Source: Chlorokybus atmophyticus (lineage: Eukaryota; Plantae; Mesostigma and Chlorokybus algae). From it: a DNA stretch of 64,000 nucleotides. Below, piece by piece: positions 37,401 through 52,785 of this stretch. Where the stretch lies: contig RHPI01000385.1 of assembly GCA_009103225.1 (NCBI GenBank), positions 187,898-251,897 on the forward strand, given 5' to 3'. Numbering within the stretch: position 1 is the stretch's first letter; the number at the start of each line of letters is the position of its first letter. A program made the translations under genes and the position numbers. The notes beneath the pieces were generated by a model. That model saw only the letters and a program-made list of their open reading frames with translations, made no database searches and was not told the DNA's origin.

Positions 37401-39400
37401 GCACTCCGTCGCGTATTCAACCATCCCGGCGAGTTCGAGGGGAAGCTGCCACATCGTCAGCAGCCACCTCCTTGAAAGCCACCAGTGGTGCTGCACCCGC
37501 AGCAACAGTTACACCGGCTATGACGTCGACTCCGTCAACATCAGCAGCAACTGCTCCAATTTCACCAGAAGTTGGTCTGCCAGTGAGCACCGTCGCGCCA
37601 ACACTGGTGAGCACTGGTGAGCACGCAGGCAACAGCCACTGCTGTCACCGACCCTGCAGCAGTAGGTTGCACCGGTCTCGCTCTAAGTGTAGGACCACCC
37701 GTGTCAGCAAGCATTAAGACCACCCTCGCGATATTAAGCGGCACTCTCGCCACCATCGGCAGTGCCATCGTCGAGCCTGCTGCCACCGCAGCGACACGCG
37801 CATCTACATTGCCCGCCCTCGACGTCACACAAGCTGTCCCGCGAGGTCAGCAAGCTGAGCGTGCATGGGAGACCATCATGTGTGGAGCAGATCCCACTAC
37901 CATTGCTTTTAGGCGCGGAGGCGAGCGCACAACACGCGTCGAACGCAGTTACCGAGTCTTCCCACTGCCTAAATATCACACGCTGCCAGAACAGACTCAG
38001 CGGCAACTGGAGGATGAAATCCTCGCCGGCACGGCGCCTCCCATGCGAGACCGTGCGTTTGTAGTTAGAACACCTGTTGTACTGGAGTTGGCATTACAGC
38101 TGTTCTTGACTCTGCATAACGACATGCAGACGGCACCACGCCAACCCGCACCAGTCCATCATGAACCCTGTGAGCCCAGCCCACTGGACACGTATTAGGA
38201 CCGGCAAGCCAATGTACAGCAGCACAACGCTGATACAGCCGACATGCCTCTGGGCAACTACGAAGCACCGAGGCCTTTCAATACTGTTCGACTTCATAAG
38301 CGCTACACCGCGCTGGAACAGGCGTTCACCTGGCGACAAGACCAAGCGGCAGCAATCGACGCAAGAGCGCACACCCTTGCCAGTGCTCGCGCTGGCGTTC
38401 TTCAACCCACAGTCGCTGGCCCATCATCCAGTACGACACCTCTCGTCGGTGGGCTCAACATTGACCAGATGAAGGCGCTGGCCCAACAAACCAGGGGGGA
38501 CGGATGTTGTGGATGCGAGAAGGTGGTAATGCGGCTCGAGCAAGACTGGTGACTTGGCTAGTTACCAATCACCCCGCAGTCCCCCTGATCGCCTTTGGTA
38601 CCAGATTGTCCTGGTTGGACGCCTTCCTGCGCTTGCTACGGCAAGCATATAACGAGGTTGCCTCGGTAGCTACTGACACCCTAGAAGGAGCACAAGAGGC
38701 CATACTGAGATTGCCAAGGGTGGAAGCAGCGCGGCAACGCAGACGCATCGCAGCTGCTTATGAGCAGCATGTCCAATAGCCATAGATTTACCTCACTGTG
38801 CGGACGCGAGCAACAACGGTGTTGAAGGTGGGAGCGGTCAATGGCAGATGGGATGCCTACATGGCAGGGATCTTAAGGGTTCTTACCATCACCCACGACA
38901 TAAGAGCGCGGCTCCTGCGCGCAGTGTATTTCCAGCCCATGCCTCAGAATCACCGCTGTAGTAACGTGGTCAACAACCCAACAGCCACATGGGAAGGTAA
39001 CCTGGTCAGGGAGGCAGCTCATGCAGTACGCTGGACTTATGTGGAAGAACAGGCTGCACGGGAGGTGGGCCCACAAACACCCGGTCCTCCAGGGTTTCCG
39101 CAACAGCTACTGGCTACGCCGCCAGGAATGACCCCAGCCACACGGAGACGCAATCCCCCTGCGGCACAATTAGGGCAGCCACAGGCAGCACCACCACCAC
39201 CCAGGCCACAGCGTGTTTATCAACAGCCAAGACAAGGATGGTTTGGGCCAGGCCGCGGTCAAGGAGGTGCTTAAGACCCAGCTGGTCGAGGGGCGCTTGC
39301 CGCACTGCGCTCGACACCACCGGAGGAGACTGCAGTTGCAGACACCCTACGCACACGCTACTGACGATTCAAGCGGCTGCGCATCCACGCCAACGCAGCC

Positions 39401-39778
39401 ATGATTGCCAACCAAGGCAAGCATGTTTCTATCAATGGACGAGCATCCAAGCGAGTGATGCTGGACTCTGGAGCCCAGCCTGTCATCATTGGACGTTACC
39501 TCGCACGTGACCTTTGCATCACCAGCGCTGAGCTGATGGCGTGCCCATACGTGCACGACACCGCAACCGGCAGCCGTGACAAGGCGATTGGCATCATCAA
39601 GCAAGCCCTCTGCATTCGCTTGACAGGAGAGGACCCGTCCCACAGCACCGAGGTCATACAGAAGTGTGTGGTCACCGACGCAGGATCCTTCGACCTGTTG
39701 TTGGAACAGGACTCTAACTTCCCTGTTGGCATGGGGCTAGACTGCTGGACAGAGAAGGCATGGTTTCGTTCTCATTGA
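39401..39778 (+). pseudogene. Retroviral-like aspartic protease domain
   Basis: VMLDSGAQPVIIG active-site motif and downstream SFDLLL. Confidence 0.8.
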
Positions 39779-40189
39779 GATAAGGAGGACCGAGGTTCAA
39801 GGATATCTGCCTCTCGAGCTGGTGGCTCGCACTCGTTCCCACCGGAGGTCAGCTGCCACCGCCACCTACAGGTCGCTGTCGGCAACCACTAACAGGTCAG
39901 CTGCGACAGCCCCCCACAGGTTGGGTTTGACAACCACTGACAGATCATCTACGGTGGTCACCCAGGAGTCGGAACAAGACTCTTCTATCCCATACGACGA
40001 GTCTCAGGAAGATGCCACTGAAGAAGTGGCCCACCAGAAACCAGTGAAACGCCGCTGGCGCGCACAGGTGGTCGCACATCTACTACTGACCAGACCACGG
40101 CTCACTTCACGGTTCCCTCTCTACAAAGACAAAGCTGCTGTCCAGGAACAACACCAGGTGGCCATTGGAGTAGTGGAGTTTCACGTATT

Positions 40190-41170
40190 CCGGCGACAAC
40201 AAGGCATCACCGTGTTGGAACTGTATGGAGGAATATGTAGTGGCCTCGCCGCTGTCCTCAACACCGGCGCGACGGTCACTAAGTACTCCTACTGTGACCC
40301 TGATCCACACGCACAGATTGCCCTGGGCCACCTGCGCCACCTACACAACTGCTACCCGCGGCGACTGCCGCTATCGGCACTGCAAGGCAGTCTGAAGACA
40401 CTGCCACAGGAAATCCACTTAATTACTGCGGATCACCTCCTAGCGGTGGGCAACATCGACCTGCTGATAGCAGGATGGGAGTGTCAACGACACTTCACAG
40501 CAGAGCAGCAGCCAAGGACTTGCTGATCCTCGCTTACAACTATTGTAGGAACTGATGCGTGTCATTACAATCATTTAAAGCAACCAGCTGTCCCGGCCTT
40601 CACGATACATCATCGAGAATGTGAACTCCGAGAACGATAAGCATCATCACGTGGCCAACAGCTTCCAACAGGTGTGTTCTTTACTAGGACATCCTCTCAG
40701 AATCAACGCAGCGCGTCATGGCTTCCGTGCTCATCACGTCCGTGCCAAGTAGAGCAACCTGGTCACAGTCGAAGGTCTGTTTGCGGTTGAGAATCTGCAC
40801 AGCAGTCGTCCACGCGATCTGACCATAGACGCTATCCTGGACTCTGAGCGCACAGCACAACCAGTCACCCGACACGATTACCACCACTTCTACCAGTGCA
40901 ACCAGCCTAGTCAACCACGTCGTGCGCTCCCCACTCTGGTGTCTTACCTAGGATCATACACCTTCCGCAACCACGGCACAGGCATGGTGTTGGATTCCAA
41001 CACAGGCCAGCTAGAGGAACCCAACGCACGTGAGCGCGAGCGCGCCATGAGCTTCTCTCCAGGCAGTATCACAGGTTCCACGCTGACCGACAGTCAGCAA
41101 TGCCAATTGTTGGGACGCGCCATTGATCTGAACAGCATGGTATGGTTATTGGAAATGTGCTTTGCTCTTC
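40190..41170 (+). pseudogene. C5 cytosine DNA methyltransferase domain (DNMT3-like) inside pol
   Basis: Motif I ITVLELYGGICSG and motif IV IDLLIAGWECQ. After a frameshift: GLADPR, motif VI YIIENVNS, motif VIII INAARHGFRAHHVRAK*SNL, ALPTLVSY, and motif IX/X EPNARERERAMSF...LLGRAIDLN. Confidence 0.88.
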
Positions 41171-41429
41171 AAGACCGCCATGTGTCCTTCCACGAGCTCG
41201 AACATTTGGCAGGGGGGTGGGCCGATCGCGTGCAAGAGACCAAAGCGGCACACACCGCCCTCGAAATCGCCCATATGGAGGAGCAGACAGCAGTCACTGT
41301 GGAGGACATCCCAGTGGTCGCCAATGCCACCTCTTGGTCCCATGCCATTGGACCACTGGCTACAGGCCAGACGCGAGAACAATTGGAGGCTCTCTTCAAC
41401 AAGTGGAGAAGTCAGTTCAGTTTCAGCGT

Positions 41430-43260
41430 AAAGGAACTGGGCGTTTGCTCAGTTTACCAGATGGACATCGAGTTGGTGGACACCGAACCGGTGTTTCGAC
41501 AACAGTACTGTTGAGAATATTCCTACATTACAGGTCAATAGGTCAGTCGGTCAGCTTGCCCTCTATATAGGAATAGCCGCAAGAAGGTTCCAGGCGAAGA
41601 CTCGAGAAGGTCCAGGCGCGGACATGAGTTGAGAGAAGGTTCCAGGCGCGGACATGAATCTGGAAGACTCGGGCGTGGTTAGAAGAATGATGACAGCTCG
41701 GTGGTTACTTGACCATATGGCACGTATGGCGGCATGTTGGAAAGCTCTTAAAATTAGCTACGTGGAGCAACTTAGAGCGCAGGTTAAGGTTGAGTGTGCT
41801 AGACGCAGTAGCTTCTAGAGTAGAAGCATGTGTAGCTGGCGGGTATAAAAGCCCGGACTTGTACACTCTGAAACACTCTTGTTGGTGTGGAGTCGCAAGT
41901 CACGATGTAGCATGTGTATATGCTAAGGTCCTGTAGTGCATGGTTTCCTCATGTTGGTGTTGCTGTTGGCGTGCACACATGTGTATGTGTAGGCTTCTCA
42001 TCGTCCATCTCAACAAGTACCGACTCTCCAAGTTGGAAGAAGACTCGGTGGAGCAGAGGTGTAAGGCTCTGCTAGATGCAGGCCTGATTGAGGAGTCCAC
42101 ATTGGACTTTGCGGCCGCGACCGTCATGCCCTTGTAGAAGGATTCATTAGGCAAGTGGACAGATTGGCGCATGTGTGACTATCGCCCCCTCAACAACAAG
42201 ACCAAACAAGACAGGTATTTAATGCCTACTGCAGAGGATGATGTAGGAGACTGCACCGTCTTCAGCATTTTTGATATGCAATAAGGGTACAACCAGATCG
42301 CCATTAAGGAGGAGGACAAGCACAAGACCTCTTTCTGGGGCAACCGGCAGCTGTACCAGTGGAAGGTCATGCCCTTCGGACTAAAGAACGCTCCTGCCAA
42401 GTTCCAGCACGTCATGGACAAAGCCTTGAAGGGGCTGGACTTCGCGCGATGCTACATTGACGACATTGTCATCTTCAGTCGCAGTAACGACGAGCACCTG
42501 CAGCACATCAAGGAAGTGCTGCAGGTGCTGAAAAGACTCAAGGGGGTGGGGATTACAGTGCACCCCGACAAGTGCACCTTCTTCACTCGCAAGGTACCCT
42601 ACCTAGGGCACATGATTGTGCCCCACGGTGTGTACATACAGCAGGCAAAGGTGGAGGGCAGCTATTTCTGCTCCCACAGACCTTACGCATTTGCGTGCCT
42701 TTCTGGGCCTTGCCAACTACTATCGCCGGTTCGTGAAGGAATTCGCAAAGATCGCGCGACTCCTCAACGAGCTTCTGAAGAAGGAGGTGGAGTTTGCGTG
42801 GAAGGAGCCACAACAGCAGGCGTTTGAGGAGCTAAAGGGCAGGCTCACCACTGCTCCCTGCAACGTCCTGACTACAACAAGCCCTTCATCATCACACCAA
42901 CTGGAGCAAGCTTGGGATGGGGGCTGTGCTGGTACAGCACGATGACAATAAGAAGAAGCGGGTGGTGTCGTACGCCAGCAGAAGCAACAACAGCGCTGAG
43001 GCCAACTACAGCAGCTACGAGGGGGAGTGCCTCGCTGCAGTATGGGCTATCTTCTTCTTCAGACCTTTCCTCTTGGTCGACAATTGCAGCTGGTCACCGA
43101 TCATCAGCCACTCAAGTGGTTGATGACCAACCAACATCTGACAAGGGAACTTTCTCGCTGGGCTTTGTTGCTGCAGGATTATAACTTTAAGATCGACCAC
43201 CGCGCCGGCCTCACCAACCAGGACTCTTATGGCCTCAGTCGCAACCCTCACCGCACTAAC
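41430..43260 (+). pseudogene. Reverse transcriptase and RNase H (interrupted by a solo LTR, stops and frameshifts)
   Basis: EPVFRQQY/RLSKLEEDS, RMCDYRPLN, YQWKVMPFGLKNAPAKFQ, CYIDDIVIFS, FLGLANYYRRFV, YASRSNNSAEANYSSYEGECLAAVWA, VTDHQPLKWL and LSRWALLLQDYNF. Confidence 0.95.
41509..42015. mobile_element. Nested solo LTR of an unrelated family, 507 bp
   Basis: Perfect 8-bp inverted termini TGTTGAGA...TCTCAACA. 5-bp TSD AGTAC at 41504-41508 and 42016-42020. Internal gaagg(t)tccaggcg repeats and TATAAAAG. Excision restores the RT frame. Confidence 0.92.
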
Positions 43261-43599
43261 GATGCAACCGGAGCTCGGCACGAGCTCGGCTCTGTAGCAG
43301 CAGCTCCAACCATGGCGGCCATGTTTGCTGTTGCCGCGTTAGGATAAGGGCGTTAGATCAACACTACCTTAACAACAGAGGAGATTCCTGCCCTTGAGTC
43401 TACCGACCCCACAGTGACCATTTCCTTAGGGGACGTCCACGCGGTCGACATCGAGGTCGACGATAATGAGCTGGCACCCACCGACACCAAGCAGGACATA
43501 TGGCTGGACAAGCCATCACTCTCCTTCCTTCAAAGTGGCAAGCTTCTTTGCAACATGAATGCACGAGAGAAAGATCGTGTCAGTCAACGCACCCGCCAC

Positions 43600-44988
43600 T
43601 ATCGGTGGGTGGATGACAAGGTGTACCGCCGCGTCCAGGACGAGGACAAAGAGGTGCGAACACCAGCCACACGCGAGGGCATCATTGCTGCCCTCCACAC
43701 TCAGCTTGGACACTTTGGTGTCAAGCGTACCGTCAGTCTGGTAAGGGTGCAATATTGGTGGTATGGGCTGTCCAAACAGGTGCAGGGGTTCGTCAGTCGC
43801 TGCCAGCAGTGCGATATGGTACGCGCAAGCCTCAACACACGCGGCGCCACCTTGTACCCTCTCCCCATCTCTGGGCTGTTCTATCGCTGGGGACTCGACA
43901 TCTTGGGAGACTTGGCACCCTCGGCACGGGGCAACCGCTACATCCTGATCATGATCGAGCACTTCTCCAAATGGGTGGAGCTGGTGCCATTACCCGGCAA
44001 GAGCAGCAGGGGGGTGTCTCCAGCCTTGCTCTCCCATGTTCTCAGCCGGTTTGGCAGTTGCGCTAAGGTCATCACCGACCAGGGCACTGAATTACCAGGG
44101 GAGTTTGACACCCTGCTGGATAGATGCTACATCGATCATCGCCGTACTTCGCGTGACCACCCTCAAGCCGACGGTCTCGCCGAGCGGACGGTGCAGACTA
44201 TTAAGAAGGCACTCCGCAAGTACGTGCTGGAGTATAAGAAGAACACCAAGGACGACCACCTTCCGTGGGTGGCTCTTCGATACCGACCGTTAAAGCAGGC
44301 GGCTCTGCGCAAGTACAGCCCATACTACCTGCTGTTCGGGCGTACGCCATTGCTTCCCTTTCGTGCACAGCAGGAAGTAGACCGTGCGGTGAACAACCTC
44401 GACGATCCCGACTGGATGCACCACGACATAACCACACGCGCCACGCTGTTCGAGCACACCGTCCCGATGGCCTTCAACAACCTGCGCATCGCACAGCACC
44501 GCGACACCCTGCGCTACGAGCGCGTGCGGAGCGGCTTCTACAAGGAGCGCTAACGGCGGTTTCAAGCAGGGGACTTTGCCTACCGCATGGCAGCCACCAA
44601 TGACACGCTCGACACCTCCGTGGGCCGCATCGTCTACAAGGTACTCAAGGTGTACCCCACAGGAGTGCTGGACCTTCTTGGTCAAAACGGCGAGAGGTTG
44701 AAAGACAACATGGTGAACTGTGCGCCATGTCACCTTCCTTACATAGCAGGCTTCGCGCGCATCCAGCACTCTCGCCCCGCCCGCAGCACACGCTGTGAAC
44801 GCTGCGGCAATGCCGGCGACGACGCACTCATAATGCTCTGCGATGGTTGCAACAAGGGCCTGCATTGCTACTGTCTGGAGCCCCCACTGGACGCAATACC
44901 CATGGAGGAGTACTGGTGCGACGATTGCCGCACCAACGGTCCTCCTCACCTGCGTTATCAGCTGAGCTCTGGAGCTGGAACCTCCTAA
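43600..44988 (+). pseudogene. DDE integrase (HHCC plus rve) with an in-frame C-terminal PHD finger
   Basis: HTQLGHFG..WWYGL..CQQCD, WGLDILG (D), VITDQG (D) and PQADGLAERTVQTIK (E). After one internal TAA at 44551 the same frame gives the C4HC3 motif CERC..MLCDGCNKGLHCYCLEPPL..YWCDDC (44794-44928). Confidence 0.93.
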
Positions 44989-47064
44989 AAAGCTCAGGGG
45001 GGGTGGCTTGTTCCTATGTGTCCTACGGCACAGCATGTACACTAAGGAGGACACCGCCTCCACATGTCCGTGTGACTCAGCAACAGCGGAGCAGCTCCAC
45101 CAAGCACTCCTCGCCATACGAGCTGGGTTATCTTTTACTTTTGCTGCATGTTATAACATGTTGCAGCAGCAGGGCTAGCAAGCATGACTTTCCCTGCAGC
45201 GGCCCGAGACAGTGTGACCCTCGACTCCCCTCGACCCGACAGCTGTCATGCCTAGTGCCCACACATACCAGCCTTCATCGGGCATATCTACATCGAAACC
45301 GTCGCCCGGCCTACCAACATACCAACGCGCGCGCGACCCTGACCAGTAGCTAGGTCATGACTTCAGGGTAGCTCACGACCATAGCCTACATAGGCACCGC
45401 GCGTAGCTGTTCAGTCGTGAGTTCAGTTATAAGTTGTGTTCTATATCGAGTGACAATCGCTGTGGAATTAGCCTCGATATGACCATTAGCTTATGTTCCG
45501 AGCAGTCATGATTTGACTTGTATAAGTAGTCACAGTGTTCACCGGATCAGCTGGTGACACTGTGAGTGAGAAAGTTAAGAGCTTGGGAAACGACTTGAAA
45601 ATGCGAACACGCCATCCCAGTCACCAACAACCCCTTCACGGTGTGAGAGCCTGTGCATGCTAGTGTGTGCATCGTGCTTGTCATCGTTGTAAGCTTGGTG
45701 TGCCTGGTTGCAGTGAGGTTGTTGGCATCAGTCAGGGCATAGTATCCACGTGTTGCTTGCTCATTCACCTTACTTAACAGTGTAACACATTCACCGCTCA
45801 TGCAAAGAACTGTGTAAACAGCACTACCTATAGTAGTGGCGTGTTGACTGTGTGTCCTACAGCACAGCATGTACACTAAGGAGGACACCACCTCCACATG
45901 TCCGTGTGACTCAGCAACAGCGGAGCGGCTCCACCAAGAACTCTTCGCTATACGAGCTGGGTTATTATTTACTTTTGCTACATGTTATAACATGTTGCAG
46001 CAGCAGGGCTAGCAAGCATGACTTTCGCTGCAGCGGCCCGAGACAGTGTGACCCTCGACTCCCCTCGACCCGATAAAGGACATGCTAAGTTGGCACTGAA
46101 GGCAGGTTTGATTATCCCACGCGTATACGGCATAATAACATCGGATGTTGTTAATAGCCAATAGCTACTATAATAGCTTTTAACGATTAGCAACATTGAG
46201 TGCAAGATCATTTGCGTAACTCACACCGTACACTCCAACCTTTTTGTAATCACACTTATTTTAAGCATAACTTTGATCTAAGCACATTTGTTTCGGGAAC
46301 CAACATGCACCAAGCAAATGACTTCCCAATCGAAACACTATCACACTCGATGTAAGCACCCTCCACACAAAAGGTAACATCATTAAAATGCATTGTTATT
46401 ATACTATACGACGTGTATAATTGTATACACACATTTATATATACACATATGTACAACATATACGCTATGTGCATGAACATGCATGTGCAAACACATACAT
46501 GTTCGGTACACATACACCTATACGCGTTTATGTATGCACAGGCTTGGCAGATATAGTGATCACTCAAGCCACACCTAATATACGTTAACAACAACTATAT
46601 ACATTAAAATATGTATGTTTACATAAAGGGACATACGGTAATGCCTTCACATGTTTTTATTAATTTATTATTTATTATTAATTTACATACGTATTGATAC
46701 ACACATATATGTGTGTGTACGTACAGGTGTGTGTGTGTGGGTGTGAATATGTGTGTGTGTGTGGGTGTGCAAAATAGTATTATATGATTATACTATTATG
46801 TACACACATACACATCTACATATATGTGTATAGTCATGTAGCGGATTCCCTCGATCTGAGCACAAGGTGTGCTCAGGATAATGTAAACTCGCAGTATTCA
46901 CAATGTACTTAGTTCAAAGGTGTGACACCTCGCTATAAGCTTGGTACCCAACGATGCTTAATTTGAGGGCAGAATGTACATCGTATAGCTAGAAGTGCGT
47001 GGACGAGATACAGCATCTGAGATATCAGCACGATAGCGTACTCAAGAATTTATGTTAGGTACCG

Positions 47065-48900
47065 GATCCGGCGGTAAGATAGCACAGCTTGCCAACTTTC
47101 TTCCTGGCAGCAGTTCTTTTGAGTCCTTCCGTCAGCGGCAGCTGTCTGTTGATAAATTTGCACATCATCATCACATGTGAAACTTGGTATAAGGTTTGCA
47201 GGTCGATGCGCAACAGTTGACTGTAGGCCAATCAACAGGAAATTGCACACTGCACTTTAATAGCGCTGTACAAAGTGCACCGCCGCTAGAGGTACAAAAT
47301 TCGTGTCTGAATCCTCGGTCTGCTGTGATACAAGCAACCATAGTCCTGTGCAGGGTCTGCTGATACGACGTGGTCGCGCTGCGTCCGTGCCAGTCGGAAT
47401 CAGGGTACGTATGGTGTGTGCTGCGAAAGGTCGCGTACAATTGAATGCGTGCTTGTAAGAATCTGGCGCGCTGCATTCGGAGCGCTGTTGTACGCGATGG
47501 TGGTGGTGGTGGACACGACGACGCGTCTATTGCTTGTTGTTGTGCCGTGTTTTGTAGTACCGTAGCGTACAGTCCTGGACGCTGCATTCACGGTGTCGTG
47601 CATGCCTGTTCAGATGTACGCACTCAAACAAGAGGCAACTTTACTCCAATGGGCTTCCCACCCTCCACACCAGCCTCCACAGCAGTGCCGGGGAGGCTGG
47701 TGTGGAGGGAGGGAAGCCGCTTGGTTGCTTCTTGCTGGTCATGCAATTGGTAGTCCTGAGTACAAGTAGGCCCATGTGTCCAGCGACTTGGGTGGTTTCG
47801 TCCTGCTAGGTGTACTCGAGCAACTGCATGTTCAGGTTTGGCCCTACAGTACTGTACCAGCCTGGCCTTAGGGCAGGCGATGGTGCCAAGAATTACCGCA
47901 AATTGCCGCAGTGCGACAAACAGCTGCCCAGCGTAAGCTTGCAGCAGACTGTGTGCATAGCGGGCAAGCTTTAAGCTTGCCCGCATTACAGTAGCACGCT
48001 GCAATTTCACCTTCTTTGACTTTAGCGGAGACACTGTTCGAAGTAGCCAACAATTGCTGCGATGACAAGCATCTGAGCGGAGAGGACCATAACAACTGAC
48101 AGCAGTGCTCTGCGTCTTGTGTAAAGCATGCTGGCTGCAAAGCGCCTGGTTCTTCTTGTAAGCGCCACTAGCCGACACAGTGTAGCACTCTCTCACCAGC
48201 CATGCCTGTTGGAGTGCAATCAAAGCTGAAAGCTGCATACGTGCAGTACGTGGAGATCTTTTGCTGCGTGTGTGCCTTTGGAGGGATGCCTCCATAGCAG
48301 AAGATGCTCTCTAAGAAGCTGCAGTACAATCAAGGAGTTTGAAGCCGTCCTCTCCCACTCTGCATGGAATGTACTACGTAGGTTGTTGAGAATTTTGCCC
48401 CACACGGAAAATATGGTTAAGCTGTTGTGTGTGGGGATACGACGCAGATATCCTTGGCAAACTGAGAGCTGACCTGGCATGATTGCAATCATGCAAGCTC
48501 ACCATCTTCTTTGTGTCGTTCCACCTTCCTGCTTCCTCGTACGGTTTCACCTGATGCTACGTCTCACGCAGTCCTCTAGCACGGGTATCACGTCACCAGT
48601 ACCCCACCACTCATTGCCTACCGGTGTACCGGTAAAACCGGTACACATTGAACTTATTGCACTTGTCTGTGCGTTCTGCCTTCCTCGTACGGTTCCAGCT
48701 GTAGACACGTCTTCAGATGTCCTCTGGTACCAGTATCACGTCACCGGCATCAGAACGCAAGAGCATCACTAGGATCAATTACACAAGCTGTTTGAGACCT
48801 GTGTGGTGCTCCTATTGAGCCACGCTTACCCATGATGAGAGTATCCAGCTGCCAAATCGGCACAAAGTACGGAAGGGAGGAACCTTTCCGCATCTCAATC
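47065..48900 (-). other. Possible multi-exon hypothetical gene
   Basis: Several AG/GT-bounded protein-like segments, e.g. QLLRIDLQTLYQVSHVMMMCKFINRQLPLTEGLK...GSGT*. No recognisable domain, and the exon chain was not resolved. Confidence 0.25.
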
Positions 48901-49261
48901 GGCGCAGGTGAAGTTGAGGCATGTCGCCTTGCTGTAGCGGTTGTAGTCACATCACCAGCCTACCAGCTAAGTATAAAGTAGGGGTGGCAGCCCTAGGCTG
49001 GTACCGTTCGTTCTGGTGTTCAACACCAAGCAGTTCTTGTGTAGCTATCAAGATCAGTCTTGTCACACTGCCAGCGGTCTGGTCAGTGCTTGTGTGTGCT
49101 GGTCTCCCTCTCCTCCTTCCAAGGCCAGGTGCGTCCGCCTCGTTTGCATGCATGCTTTGCACGCATTCAGTTTCTTGTTGCTGCTGACTGCTGGCATGAG
49201 CCCTCCTGTGCTGCATGCAGTGCAAGAGCCTACTAAGACTGACCCTTCGACTTCTTGCAGA

Positions 49262-52785
<3,524 letters not shown>

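Larger units (their letters stand above)
34805..46075 (+). mobile_element. Ty3/gypsy LTR retrotransposon carrying a C5 DNA methyltransferase and a PHD finger, with split terminal repeats (B-internal-A-B-A); inactive copy
   Basis: 4-bp TSD AAGG at 34801-34804 and 46076-46079. B1 at 34805-35410, A1 at about 45004-45241, B2 at 45244-45849, A2 at 45850-46075. Domain order is gag, PR, DNMT, RT, RH, INT, PHD, with many stops and frameshifts. Confidence 0.93.

Noticed and set aside
34805-46075. Classification as a DIRS/PAT/Ngaro element because of the split repeats
   Set aside because: It encodes a clear DDE integrase after RT-RH, has no tyrosine recombinase and is flanked by a TSD.
46838-46937. 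Possible short TG...TA element with 7-bp inverted ends
   Set aside because: There is no TSD and the match is too short to exceed chance.
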